From contig CBFGTS010000001.1 of assembly GCA_965652295.1 (NCBI GenBank), positions 384,001 to 448,000 of the forward strand: a stretch of 64,000 nt of DNA, given 5' to 3'. The notes beneath the pieces were generated by a model that searched no databases, was not told where the DNA came from, and was given only the letters and a program-made list of their open reading frames with translations. Shown piece after piece: positions 28,060 through 37,973 of this stretch. Position numbers and translations under genes: made by a program. The stretch's first letter is position 1; the number at the start of each line of letters is the position of its first letter. The DNA comes from an uncultured Haloferula sp. (GTDB taxonomy: Bacteria > Verrucomicrobiota > Verrucomicrobiia > Verrucomicrobiales > Akkermansiaceae).

Positions 28060-29364
28060 TCATGACGAGCTCGGATCGTCAGTCGCCGAGCCATGCGTAC
28101 GGGATGCGAGTGATTCGATGGATTCACATGTCTTCGTCATCCAGACGTCCGGTTGGAATCCCTGCGAAACCCGACGCGCGTTCTTGGTAAAGCTGACATG
28201 CTCTTCCAAGCGCTCCAGCGCCGCGGCAATGGGATGGCGGGTGAACTGGTTCGGGTGAAGTCCGATCCCCACTCCAAGATCCCTCACCCGCGAGAGGGTA
28301 TCGAGTTGGTCATGGGCCATCGGTTGAATCAACTGCGGCACCCCGGCCTGCAGGGCTTGGGCGCAGGTGCCGACGCCTCCATGATGAATGATGGCGGCGG
28401 AACGATGCAACAAGGCGCTGAACGGCACATAAGGGAAATGAGCGCAGCCCTCGGGCAGCGTGGCAGGCAGCTGGCTCGCGTCCCGGGTGAGGAAGACGGC
28501 CCGGCGACCGAGCTGCGACACCGCCGCCGCCGCTTCGCGGAAAAACGAGTGTCCCTGGACCATGGCGCTGCCCGCGGTGATCGAAATCGGCGGGGGACCC
28601 GCGGACAGGAAGGCTTCGACTTCGCTTGAGGCGGATCCCTCGTTGGTTTCATCGAACAGAGGAAAGCCGGTCTGCACCGTCTGCGAAGGCCAGTCGGGCT
28701 GGGGAGGCGCGAACCATTCAGGAAACAAGGCGATCACCCGATCCGGAGAATGCCACCATTGCCTGAGCAATCCCTTGGCGGGAGGAAGGCGCAACTCCGA
28801 ACGGAAGCGGTTCAGGGCGGGCAGCGCGTGGTGATCGACGATTGCCGCGGCGATGGACCACTGGAGCGACTTGAGGAACCTCGGTGCTCTGTTGCCAAAG
28901 GGCATGCCATGGATTTCCGGCTGGCGGTGGACGCTGGGAAACAAGGACGGTGCGAGGTGGACGGTGGCCAGGGGGATGCCGAGTACCTCGCAGGCCGTCC
29001 GGGCCGCGAAGGCGAGCGAGCTCGCGACGACCACGGTTTTTCCCGGTACGTGAAGTTCGCGCGTGATCTCGAAGATGGTGGGGTGGCTCGGATTGACCGC
29101 ATGTCGGACGACGGCGGGAAAGGCGCGCCGCGGGTGCCAGAGATCGGGATCGTTCTTCACCCGATCGAAATCCTCCCGCGAGCCAAGCGGTCGAAAGCCC
29201 ATGCCGCGGGTGAGGAGGTCCGTTTCAAAAACCGGGCTCGTCGCCAGGATGACTTCGTGACCCCGTTTCACCAGAGCGGTCCCGATCCCGATGAACGGAT
29301 GGACGTCGCCAGCGCTGCCGAGAGTGAAAATGATGATCCTCAGCGGCCTCACGGAGGAGGTCAT
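28060..29364 (-). CDS. GT1 glycosyltransferase (RhlB rhamnosyltransferase/sterol glucosyltransferase-like)
   Basis: GSAGDVHPF, LFPEWFAPPQPDWP, GFPLFD, IHHGGVGT, PMAHDQ. Confidence 0.88.
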   Translation of the reverse strand: MTSSVRPLRIIIFTLGSAGDVHPFIGIGTALVKRGHEVILATSPVFETDLLTRGMGFRPLGSREDFDRVKNDPDLWHPRRAFPAVVRHAVNPSHPTIFEITRELHVPGKTVVVASSLAFAARTACEVLGIPLATVHLAPSLFPSVHRQPEIHGMPFGNRAPRFLKSLQWSIAAAIVDHHALPALNRFRSELRLPPAKGLLRQWWHSPDRVIALFPEWFAPPQPDWPSQTVQTGFPLFDETNEGSASSEVEAFLSAGPPPISITAGSAMVQGHSFFREAAAAVSQLGRRAVFLTRDASQLPATLPEGCAHFPYVPFSALLHRSAAIIHHGGVGTCAQALQAGVPQLIQPMAHDQLDTLSRVRDLGVGIGLHPNQFTRHPIAAALERLEEHVSFTKNARRVSQGFQPDVWMTKTCESIESLASRTHGSATDDPSSS

Positions 29365-30455
29365 GGTGCGATCTCCATGCCGGGGGCTCCATTCAAGGGA
29401 TTCGACCGGACCATCCTGCCGTCCTCGAATTGGACCCGCTGATCCGCAGGAAGCTCGGGCTCGAAATGATCCGTGCTGATCCACTGGGCACCGCTGTCGA
29501 AGGCTTGCTGCCGCATGGCGGGATCAGGATGGAGGGTGTCGGCGCGGGTTCTCACCATGAAGCCGCCTTCAACGAGCTTCTTGATCTGGTCGAACTGACC
29601 GACCGGGTCATTGCACTTGAACCAAGCGGCGGCGGGGTGGCGGTCGTTCGGCGCGCTGGCAAACATCAGGCGGTTCTCCAGCGCGGCGTTTCCTTCCAGA
29701 TAGTGATCCCGGATCGGGCCGCCTGAGTTATCCAGGGTGAAGATGAACTTTCCACGGGTGGCATCCAACGAGGGCCAGCCGTGGTCCTTGAGCGCTTCCG
29801 GCAGGGATTTTCCGCCTCGTCGCACGTCGTCGGGAAAGAGGATCTTCTTCCTGGGAATGCAGCTGAGGATTTCCTTTTCCAGCTCCATGAGCGTATCGCG
29901 CGTGAACTCTCCGACTCCGGGCGGCGACCCCGGGGTTTTCGCTTCCTTGCATTCGATGAGAATCATCAAGGGCAGGTGATCAGCGTGTTTCTCCGACCAT
30001 GCCGCCATTTCGCGAAGCGCGGAAACCAAGGTGGGGTAGTTGCTCCAGCAATCGACGCCGGGAACGTGCAGCACCTTGAAACCGCGCTTCTGCCATTCTC
30101 CGGTCGGATCGAAAGGCGGCAGCGATTTGCCGGCAGCCTTCGCCAAACCGATCGCGAGAGGCTTGGCGAACATCCCACCTTTCGGGTCGGGGTAGATGTC
30201 CAACTCGAACTGGCGGATCCCGGCGTTGTCGAGCTGGCTTGTCAGGGAGGGCATGGTCTTGCTCCAGGCTTCCACGGCACCCTCGTGGAACCGTCCGATG
30301 AGGCCGAGCACCTCCCGAGGCGGTGCCTTGTGGTAGGAGTTGTGGCTGCCGATGATCTGGATCTGGTTCAATCGCGGAGGCTCATCCTTGGCTCCGGACG
30401 GCGATAGCAAAGCCGCGATGAGAAGGGCTGGAGAAAGGAGTCGGACGAGGCTCAT
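29361..30455 (-). CDS. Secreted Ca-dependent phosphoinositide-specific phospholipase C-like protein (PI-PLC X domain)
   Basis: Signal peptide; LNQIQIIGSHNSYH, GIRQFELD, VLHVPGVD, GFMVRTRAD, SGAQWISTD. Confidence 0.85.
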   Translation of the reverse strand: MSLVRLLSPALLIAALLSPSGAKDEPPRLNQIQIIGSHNSYHKAPPREVLGLIGRFHEGAVEAWSKTMPSLTSQLDNAGIRQFELDIYPDPKGGMFAKPLAIGLAKAAGKSLPPFDPTGEWQKRGFKVLHVPGVDCWSNYPTLVSALREMAAWSEKHADHLPLMILIECKEAKTPGSPPGVGEFTRDTLMELEKEILSCIPRKKILFPDDVRRGGKSLPEALKDHGWPSLDATRGKFIFTLDNSGGPIRDHYLEGNAALENRLMFASAPNDRHPAAAWFKCNDPVGQFDQIKKLVEGGFMVRTRADTLHPDPAMRQQAFDSGAQWISTDHFEPELPADQRVQFEDGRMVRSNPLNGAPGMEIAP

Positions 30456-30516
30456 GGGGTGAGTGTGCCTCCTGCGGTCGCGATGCTTCAATCCGGATTC
30501 GCGGCGAGCCCGGCCA

Positions 30517-31287
30517 TCAGGCCCGCTGCCAGTCGGGTTTGTTGTCGAAAACCCAGCGGTAATAGTCGGCGCGCGCCAATTGCGTCGCGGCGGGATCATC
30601 GAGACAGACTCGAACGGAAGGGTGCATCTGCAGTGCAGAGGCGGGGTTGCTGGCGCTGATCGGACCCTCGACGGCTCCGGCGATCGCCTCGGCCTTCTTT
30701 TCGCTGAAGGCGAGGAGGAGGATCTCACGGGCTTCCATGATCGTGCCGATGCCCATGGTGATGACATGCCGTGGCACGGTCTCGCCGGGCGCGAAAAACC
30801 GGGAGTTGTCCTCACAGGTTCGCCGGGTGAGCGTCTTGATCCGGGTGCGTGAGGCAAGCGAGGAAGAGGGTTCGTTGAAACCGATGTGACCGTCGGTTCC
30901 GATCCCCAGAACCTGGAGGTCGATCCCCCCCGCGGCCGCGATCTGTTCTTCGTATCGTTGGCAGAACGACGGAATGTCGTCGGCCTGGCCGTCGGGGATG
31001 TGGACATTTTCTTTCCGGATGTTGATACGGCCAAAAAGATGAGCCTCCATGAAGGAGTGATAACTCTGCGGGTGATCGACGGATAAGCCGATGTACTCGT
31101 CGAGGTTGAACGTCGTGACGTGCTGCCAGTCGAGATTCATGGCGACCAGCTCACGATAGAGGGCTATTGGGGTGCTGCCGGTGGCCAGGCCCAGCACGGC
31201 GTCCGGCTTTCGCCGGATGAGGTCGGCGATGAGGCGCGCTCCGATGACGGCGGCTTCCGCAGCGGTCGGTTGGATGATGATTTCCAT
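30517..31287 (-). CDS. nagB: Glucosamine-6-phosphate deaminase
   Basis: VLGLATGSTP, TFNLDEY, LGIGTDGHIGFNEP, ITMGIGTI, PASALQMH. Confidence 0.95.
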   Translation of the reverse strand: MEIIIQPTAAEAAVIGARLIADLIRRKPDAVLGLATGSTPIALYRELVAMNLDWQHVTTFNLDEYIGLSVDHPQSYHSFMEAHLFGRINIRKENVHIPDGQADDIPSFCQRYEEQIAAAGGIDLQVLGIGTDGHIGFNEPSSSLASRTRIKTLTRRTCEDNSRFFAPGETVPRHVITMGIGTIMEAREILLLAFSEKKAEAIAGAVEGPISASNPASALQMHPSVRVCLDDPAATQLARADYYRWVFDNKPDWQRA

Positions 31288-32141
31288 CAGGATCCGAGGC
31301 GCTGGGTGAGGCGGGATTTCACATCCTGCTGGAAGGCCGCGATGTGATCGCAAACGAAGCCGACGATATCCGTGGTGTCGTCGACGATGAGGGGCGTGAG
31401 GTCCATGCCGAAGATGAGCTGCGTGGAGGTGTCCGAGGCATGGGATTCGAAGAAGGTGGCATTCGCAGCCCGGCGGCCGAGGGTGGCGAGATCATAGCGC
31501 TTTCCCCCGGCGATCTGGGAGTCGAAGACGCCGTTGAGTGCGGCGGCGAGGTTGTCACGACCGCTGACATCCATGAGGACCTTGGCTTCATCAGGGAGCC
31601 AATCGAGATTACGCCAGACTTCGCAACCGATCACCTGGGAGGGCCGCTTTTCCGGTGCGAGGGAACGGACGGCCTGGAGGGTGGCGACGGTGACGCCAAT
31701 GTGGGTGTCGTGCTTGTCGGCGGGATTGTGGGTGTAGACGACCTTGGGCGTGGCAGCTTCGAGGATGGAAACGAGATCTTCCTTCAGGGAAGCATCGGCG
31801 GCGTCCTTGATGGTCTTGCTGGAGTGGTCGAGTTGAATCATGACGCCGTAGGCTCCGATGGTGGCGGCGGTCTTTTGCTCGCAGCGTCGGACCTGCATCA
31901 TGTCGGCATCGCTATAAGTCGCGTAGGGACCGGTGCGGGAGCTGCCGGCACCGTTGCTGCAGGTCACTCCGCCGAACCATTGGTCGTCGCGCGAGATGCA
32001 GGCCAGTATCCCGTGGAAGGCCATGAATTCCAGATCGTCCTGATGCGCGCCGATGCCGAGATGAGTGATGCGGGCGAGGGCGTCGGGCAACGGTGTGGCA
32101 TCGGGAACGAAGACGTCCGCAGTTGGTTGATGGAATTTCAT
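31287..32141 (-). CDS. PIG-L/LmbE family deacetylase
   Basis: GAHQDDLE, R..EQ..AA, THNPADKHDTH, FDSQI. Confidence 0.88.
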   Translation of the reverse strand: MKFHQPTADVFVPDATPLPDALARITHLGIGAHQDDLEFMAFHGILACISRDDQWFGGVTCSNGAGSSRTGPYATYSDADMMQVRRCEQKTAATIGAYGVMIQLDHSSKTIKDAADASLKEDLVSILEAATPKVVYTHNPADKHDTHIGVTVATLQAVRSLAPEKRPSQVIGCEVWRNLDWLPDEAKVLMDVSGRDNLAAALNGVFDSQIAGGKRYDLATLGRRAANATFFESHASDTSTQLIFGMDLTPLIVDDTTDIVGFVCDHIAAFQQDVKSRLTQRLGS

Positions 32142-32147
32142 GGCAGG

Positions 32148-33527
32148 TCAGGAAGTCGACTCGGGCAGGCTCGCAGCGGCGACAGCCTGACCGACGCGGC
32201 GGGATTTTTCATCGGGAACATGCAGGGTGATTCGGTCGGCAAGTTCCGGGAACTCCATTGCGAGTACCTCGCGGGCTTTGTCGATGACGATCCCGCCGCC
32301 GTCCCCGGTCGTCACCCGCCCGAGAACGAGCAGATGATCGAAATCATAGAAGTGGGCATAGTGAGGCAGGGTATAGCCGAGATAGACGCCGATGGTTTCA
32401 TAGATGCGGGCCGCCCGTTCGTCACCTTCGGCCATGAGTTTCTGAACCTCCACGAGGCGCTCGGGCAGTCCCATTTTGGAAGGTAGAGTGATCTTTGCGG
32501 CGGGAAGCAGCTTGTTGACGGCTTGCTGCGAGAAGTAGAGGGCACCGGTGCCGATGTCGCCCGACCATTCGTCGCGCGCGGCGTCGGGGTTGTAGTCGAC
32601 CGCAGCAAAGGCAAGTTCGTTCAGCCAGCCGAGGATGCGTCCCTTCTTGTCCATGAAACCCGCGGCCTCACTGGAGCCCATGGCGATCCCGAGCATGCCG
32701 ATTTTTTGAAGGGAAAGAGCACCGGCGAGCGCGGTGACATCGCCGTCGTTCATCACGACGAGCGGCACCTTCCATTCGTCCTGGATGCGTTTGAAAAGGT
32801 TGGAAGCGACGGAGAAGGAGTCGCTCGGAATGGACCGGAGCAGTGAGGCGACGCGGATCTCGTTGTCGACGATCACCCCGGCAGAGCTGCCGCCGATGGC
32901 ATCGACTCTGGGCATGGCGGCGGCGGCGCGATGCAGCGCGGCGGAGAGGTGATGATAGTGGTATTCCGGGTCGGCCTGAGCGGTCGGATCCCACGGGGTT
33001 TCCCAGGTGAAGACCGGCTCGCCATCGACCACGGCGGAGACCTTGTAGTCGCTGGCACCGAGATCGAAGCCGATCCGGCATCCTTTCAGGTGGCCGCCGA
33101 CTCCAGCCTGCATTTCCCGCTCGGACGGGGCGTGATCCGCGGTGGTGAGCTCGACTTCGAATGGCCGTCCATACGAGCGCTCCATCATGTCGCAGTCGAA
33201 GCGGCGGGCTCCATGGGACGAGTAGGTTTCCTTCAAATGCCGGCCGATCCGCTCGGGGCCGCCGACGATGAGCTTCCATCCGCCGCGCGACCAGAGGAGG
33301 AATTTCGCGAGTCGCTCCACGAAGTGCAGGGTCTCCGCATCGGGCGTAGATCGGACCATGGTCTCGTAGCGGGAAACGAGGCCGTTCTCGCGTTCCAGCG
33401 CGAGCACGAGCGGGACGGCATCGCCGGCGGATCGTGTGGCCGTGAGGTAGTTTCGATGAAAAAGCGCCGCGGGCAGGAAGCCTGGATCGAGCGGTGCGGG
33501 GATGGCGAGTGAGGTGGAATGGGTCAT
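32148..33527 (-). CDS. ROK family sugar kinase with long N-terminal extension
   Basis: IGFDLGAS, MNDGDVTALA, GIAMGSSEAAG; ATGA overlap with the MFS gene. Confidence 0.85.
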   Translation of the reverse strand: MTHSTSLAIPAPLDPGFLPAALFHRNYLTATRSAGDAVPLVLALERENGLVSRYETMVRSTPDAETLHFVERLAKFLLWSRGGWKLIVGGPERIGRHLKETYSSHGARRFDCDMMERSYGRPFEVELTTADHAPSEREMQAGVGGHLKGCRIGFDLGASDYKVSAVVDGEPVFTWETPWDPTAQADPEYHYHHLSAALHRAAAAMPRVDAIGGSSAGVIVDNEIRVASLLRSIPSDSFSVASNLFKRIQDEWKVPLVVMNDGDVTALAGALSLQKIGMLGIAMGSSEAAGFMDKKGRILGWLNELAFAAVDYNPDAARDEWSGDIGTGALYFSQQAVNKLLPAAKITLPSKMGLPERLVEVQKLMAEGDERAARIYETIGVYLGYTLPHYAHFYDFDHLLVLGRVTTGDGGGIVIDKAREVLAMEFPELADRITLHVPDEKSRRVGQAVAAASLPESTS

Positions 33528-35341
33528 GACGAATGGCGTTTGCGGCTCTTTCCGGTGAAGTGCTCTTCGATCTCTTCGAGGGTCTTGCCTTTGGTCTCCG
33601 GGAGGAAGAACGCGGCGGTCACGAAATAGACCACCGTGCAGGCGGCCCAGCCGAAGAACATCGTGGAGTATCCGAATTTTCCAACGGTTGGGAGGAAGGT
33701 TCCGGCGATGGCTGTGGAAACGGCCTGGTTCACGAGGAGGGCGACGGACATGCCGTTGGATCGGATGCGGGTGGGCATGAGCTCGGAAAGTGCCAGCCAC
33801 ACGCAGACACCCGGTCCGGAGGCGAAGGCGGCGATGAACAGGATGAAACAGCCGGCAACGAGCCAGCCGGTGGAGGGATTCGGCAAAGCTCCGTATTTCA
33901 CGCTGATGATTTCCAGAGGTTGGCTCTCCGCCGGTCGAAGATCCGTGAAAGGATTGAGGTGGAGCTTCCGGAAGAATGCGCCGATCGGCCCGTCCTTGAG
34001 ATCGGCCGCGGAGGGCGGTGTGATGTCGATCGTCGCCGGAGCGTGCGAGCCGACGAGGTCGCGCACATATTTCATCTGCGTGTACGGACCGTAGCGATAG
34101 GACACCAGCATCTGCGTTCCGTAAGGAGCGGAGTCGTGCGAAACCGCGGCGTGGAGAACCGGCTGAAGATCCGGATTGTCGAGATCGATATGAAAACTTC
34201 GAGCGGCAGCATCGATCGATTGCGATAACGCCGAAGATAGGTCGATCCGCTCCGACTCGATATGGCGGAAGGTCATCGCGGCTCCGACCAAGGCGACGAG
34301 GATGCCGGCGGTGCCCATTTTCAGAAGGAAGGTGCGGCCTTTCCGATCGACGAGGGCGACGGCCACCACGGTCATGAGGCAGTTGACGAGGGTGAGCAGA
34401 ACGTTGCCCTGATTGGCGACCGATCCTGTCAGGCCTGCCTGTTGGAAAATGTTGACGGCGTAGGCGAAGACCGAGTTGACCCCGGTGGCCTGGGTGCAGG
34501 CGAGGACCACGACGGCGAGGATGAAGGGGACGACGTATTTGCGTTGCCAAAGGCTGTCGCGGATGGCCTGGGTGGTGCGGGTGGACACGGCCTCGTTGCG
34601 CTCCATTTCATCGAGGACGACGCGGGCCTGATCGATGCCGGTGGATCGGGCCAAGGCAGCCAGCGCGGCGTCCTTGCGGCCCTTTCGAAAGAGCCAGCGA
34701 GGCGATTCTGAGACGGCCGCGGAGCCCGCGAAAAACAGGAGACCGGGAAAGAGCGACACCCAGAAGATCTGGCGCCACGCCTGGTCCTTTGCGGTGAGAA
34801 CAACGTCGGAGGTGGTGCCGGGTGTCGCCTCGAGTCGTCCAACCTTGTTGGCGAAGTAGAGCCCAATCAAGGCGGAGGCCACCAGGCCCACAGTGAGTAA
34901 AAGCTGGAACATGCCCGTCCCCTTGCCGCGCGACTTCGCGCCGAGGCACTCCGCCAGATAAAGAGGCACGACGACGCCGATAAGACCGCCGCTGATTCCC
35001 TGGAGGAGCCGCCCCGCGATGAGCACGTGGATCCCCTGGGAAAGGGTGATGATAGGAATGCTCAACACGAACAAGAGCGCACTGAGCATCATGATCTTCC
35101 GCCGCCCGAAAATGTCGGCCAGCAGTCCGGCCACGAGCGAAGAGAAGACACTCCCTAACAGCACGGCCGCGACTACGGTCGATAGCTGCGAGGGAGTGTA
35201 GCCGGAGGTCGCTTCAAGATAGGGAAGGGCGCCGGCGATGATGCCGACATCGATGCCGTAGAGCAGCCCGCCAAGGCCGGCCACGAGGAGGAGGAATCGG
35301 CCGTAAGTGGACGACGACCGAGGGACGGAAATCTCCGACAT
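33524..35341 (-). CDS. Sugar-porter family MFS transporter with a large loop between TM9 and TM10
   Basis: GGLLYGIDVG, D.FGRR, YLAE, SESPRWL, QATGVN, DRKGR, SELMP..IRS, PETKGKTLEEIE. Confidence 0.92.
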   Translation of the reverse strand: MSEISVPRSSSTYGRFLLLVAGLGGLLYGIDVGIIAGALPYLEATSGYTPSQLSTVVAAVLLGSVFSSLVAGLLADIFGRRKIMMLSALLFVLSIPIITLSQGIHVLIAGRLLQGISGGLIGVVVPLYLAECLGAKSRGKGTGMFQLLLTVGLVASALIGLYFANKVGRLEATPGTTSDVVLTAKDQAWRQIFWVSLFPGLLFFAGSAAVSESPRWLFRKGRKDAALAALARSTGIDQARVVLDEMERNEAVSTRTTQAIRDSLWQRKYVVPFILAVVVLACTQATGVNSVFAYAVNIFQQAGLTGSVANQGNVLLTLVNCLMTVVAVALVDRKGRTFLLKMGTAGILVALVGAAMTFRHIESERIDLSSALSQSIDAAARSFHIDLDNPDLQPVLHAAVSHDSAPYGTQMLVSYRYGPYTQMKYVRDLVGSHAPATIDITPPSAADLKDGPIGAFFRKLHLNPFTDLRPAESQPLEIISVKYGALPNPSTGWLVAGCFILFIAAFASGPGVCVWLALSELMPTRIRSNGMSVALLVNQAVSTAIAGTFLPTVGKFGYSTMFFGWAACTVVYFVTAAFFLPETKGKTLEEIEEHFTGKSRKRHSS

Positions 35342-35380
35342 GATGTAGGGCGAAAAGCAGGGGGGAAGCCGTGCGTGTCG

Positions 35381-37879
35381 TCAGGGTTGGACCGGTTCCG
35401 TGACGGAGAGGCGGGCGAAGCGCCGCGATCTGGTCGCGGGGATCGTCACGGTGACCTGCTCGGTCTCGGCATCGACCACTTCCACAGCAACTGTGACTCC
35501 GTCCACGTCGTTCACCGCAGTGGTCCAGCTTCCCTCCCTGAGATCGTCGGAGAACTCGACGCGATCGACGAAGCCCTCGGCCGAGGCCTCAAGTTCACGC
35601 TGATAAACCAGCACCAGTGTTTCATCGACTCGATCGACGGTTGGAAGATTGGAGCCGGCTCCGGAGACTGGGCTGGAACCCAGGACGAACTCGATCGAAT
35701 TGGCCAGACCGTCGCCATCCGGATCCGCCGTCGGACTGCCATTGCTTTCCGAGTCGAGACCGAAGCCCGCGGCCCATTCATCATAACCGGTGAGCTCGGG
35801 GGCAGCCTCGAAGAGATCGACGATGTTTCCGGTCGTCAGCTCGCGGCTGTAGATCCGGAGGTCATCGAGAAATCCCTCGAAACCCTCGAAGGCGGTCGAG
35901 CGGCCCAGCGCTCCAATGGCGAAACCGACGGTGCTCGCTTCATTGATCCCCGAGGTGTTGGTGTTCTGGGAGTGAACGAGGACGCCATCGACATAGAAGT
36001 CGACTCGGTTCACCGGGCTGTTCCGGAAGATATAAGAATAGTGACGCCATGATCCAGGCAGGGGTGTGGTGTCAGCCGGGCTCAGATAATCGTAGACTCC
36101 ATAGCTGGTTCCCACCATCTGACGGGTCGCGGAGCGTTGTCCCACTCCCCAACCTTCGGTGAGCGTGGCAGCGCCATTGGCATAGGCGGAAAAGAACCTC
36201 GTTCTCGCAGCTGTGGCGGTGGTTGGCACGCGCGCCCAGCAGGCGACGGTAAAGCCATCGCTGTCGGAGAGAAGACTCGTGGTGTAATCCACACCTGATG
36301 TAACTCCGAGGTCGACCAGGTCTCCCGTTCCATCGAGGAGCAAGGCTCCTGCGCCGACTCGTGCCATGGCGCTCCATTGGGCATCGCCCATCGGCGTGCC
36401 GTCGTTCGCAAAGGATCCGGTGTCCTCCCCAAGTTCGGCGGCATCATCGAAGGTAAAGAGGGACACGAGGCTTGCGTCCGGGTTGGCTACTTTAACCTCG
36501 GCCGTGACGGGAATCGAAAAGAGGAACTCGCCGTCGCTGTTGGTATCGATCACCAACGTGCCGGTGAAGGTGCCCTCGCTCCCGGGAGGAGGGCTGAATG
36601 TGACCTCCACGTCGACGCTTTGACCCGGAAGTACGGTGGAGGATGCGGGGTCGTTGGCTGTGAAGGCTGGGTCGCCGGTGAACTCGACGTCATAAAGGAT
36701 GAGATCATTTTCGGTGCCATTGTTGGTGATGGTGACGGTCTGCGTCTGAGAGGTCGGGCTTTCATCGAAGCTGCCGAAGTCGATCGAAAGAGGATCGACT
36801 GCGGCGACCGGATCCATGGCCTCGACGTTCACCATGACCTCGATCTCCTTAACCGGCTCCAGCGAGTCATTGGTGGCCACGGAAAGCGTGACGGTGTAGA
36901 GCCCGGAGATGTCCGGATCGAAGTTGAGCGTGATGACTCCGGAAGCGCCGGGAGCGAGATCGTCGTCATAGGATACCACCTCGAAGAAGCTGGCATCGAA
37001 GCCGCTGATGGTGATGGGATCGGGATCGGTGAGGCTGAGGGTTTGCGTGGCACCGAGGTTGGAGAATGGGACCTGGAGGGTCTGCGGGTCTCCGCCGGTA
37101 TCGAACGTGATGGCAGGCTCGAGCTGGAGGGACGGATCTCCCACAGGCAGGTCGGCGAGGATGGCGATTTCGCCGGAGAGGAGAACGGTGTCGTAGATGC
37201 GGAGCTCATCAATCGAGCCCTCGAAAGCGTCCGTGGGAGCACTGCGTCCGAGGCGACCGACTTCGAAATTGTTGAAAATTGAGGGCAAGGTCACCGCTGG
37301 GGTGCCTTCCGTTCGTGAGATGAGAGTTCCGTCGATGTAGAGCTGCGCGACGTCGTTTGCGGCGTCGAGAGTGTAAGCCACGTGGTGCCACTCTCCGTCA
37401 TTCAATGGCGAGGGCGGGAGAGGATTCAGATCGGAGAAGCCGGTGTTCACTCCATCGCGGATCCGACCGTAAATGCCGCCGGTACCGGAAGCGGTTCCGA
37501 CATCCAGGTAGCGGTTGCTGGCCGTGTCGTCCCCGAGGAAAATCGCGGAGTCTCGGGTGCCTCCGGCGGCCCACTTGAGCCACGCGGAAATGGTAAGCGT
37601 CTGGTTCGTGGAGATCGCACTGAAGAGCGGGCTGGCGTTCCCCATGTCGACGACGCCGTTCTGGCTCGCATCATTTTGAAAGGTGAAGGCGGTCCCGAAC
37701 TTGCCTGCCGTGCCGAGGATGACATTTGAACCGATCGTGCCATCGAGGCCTGCGGGTCCGCTATCGACGGCAGTGGTGCCGCTGGTTTCGTCAAAAGTAT
37801 AATGAGAGACCAAGTCGGCGTGGGCGTAAAGAAGCCCGAGACTTGATGCTGCGAAAATAGAAGTGAGTGAATGATTCAT
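35381..37879 (-). CDS. Secreted protein: LamG domain, two ASH/Ig-like domains, second LamG domain, DGDG-type C-terminal domain
   Basis: WHHVAY..LYIDG..DELRIY twice; IDFGS..TQTVTITNNG..DL..V.PGQS..V.V.FSP; C-terminal Y..W..DPDGDGLAN..E..RFARLSV. Confidence 0.88.
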   Translation of the reverse strand: MNHSLTSIFAASSLGLLYAHADLVSHYTFDETSGTTAVDSGPAGLDGTIGSNVILGTAGKFGTAFTFQNDASQNGVVDMGNASPLFSAISTNQTLTISAWLKWAAGGTRDSAIFLGDDTASNRYLDVGTASGTGGIYGRIRDGVNTGFSDLNPLPPSPLNDGEWHHVAYTLDAANDVAQLYIDGTLISRTEGTPAVTLPSIFNNFEVGRLGRSAPTDAFEGSIDELRIYDTVLLSGEIAILADLPVGDPSLQLEPAITFDTGGDPQTLQVPFSNLGATQTLSLTDPDPITISGFDASFFEVVSYDDDLAPGASGVITLNFDPDISGLYTVTLSVATNDSLEPVKEIEVMVNVEAMDPVAAVDPLSIDFGSFDESPTSQTQTVTITNNGTENDLILYDVEFTGDPAFTANDPASSTVLPGQSVDVEVTFSPPPGSEGTFTGTLVIDTNSDGEFLFSIPVTAEVKVANPDASLVSLFTFDDAAELGEDTGSFANDGTPMGDAQWSAMARVGAGALLLDGTGDLVDLGVTSGVDYTTSLLSDSDGFTVACWARVPTTATAARTRFFSAYANGAATLTEGWGVGQRSATRQMVGTSYGVYDYLSPADTTPLPGSWRHYSYIFRNSPVNRVDFYVDGVLVHSQNTNTSGINEASTVGFAIGALGRSTAFEGFEGFLDDLRIYSRELTTGNIVDLFEAAPELTGYDEWAAGFGLDSESNGSPTADPDGDGLANSIEFVLGSSPVSGAGSNLPTVDRVDETLVLVYQRELEASAEGFVDRVEFSDDLREGSWTTAVNDVDGVTVAVEVVDAETEQVTVTIPATRSRRFARLSVTEPVQP

Positions 37880-37973
37880 CTGGAGATAGCTATGATGTTG
37901 CCACGTGTTTCGAGCGCAGCCCCCTTTCAAGGAAGGGGCGTGGATTGACTGAGGATGCCGTTCAGCAGCGGGT

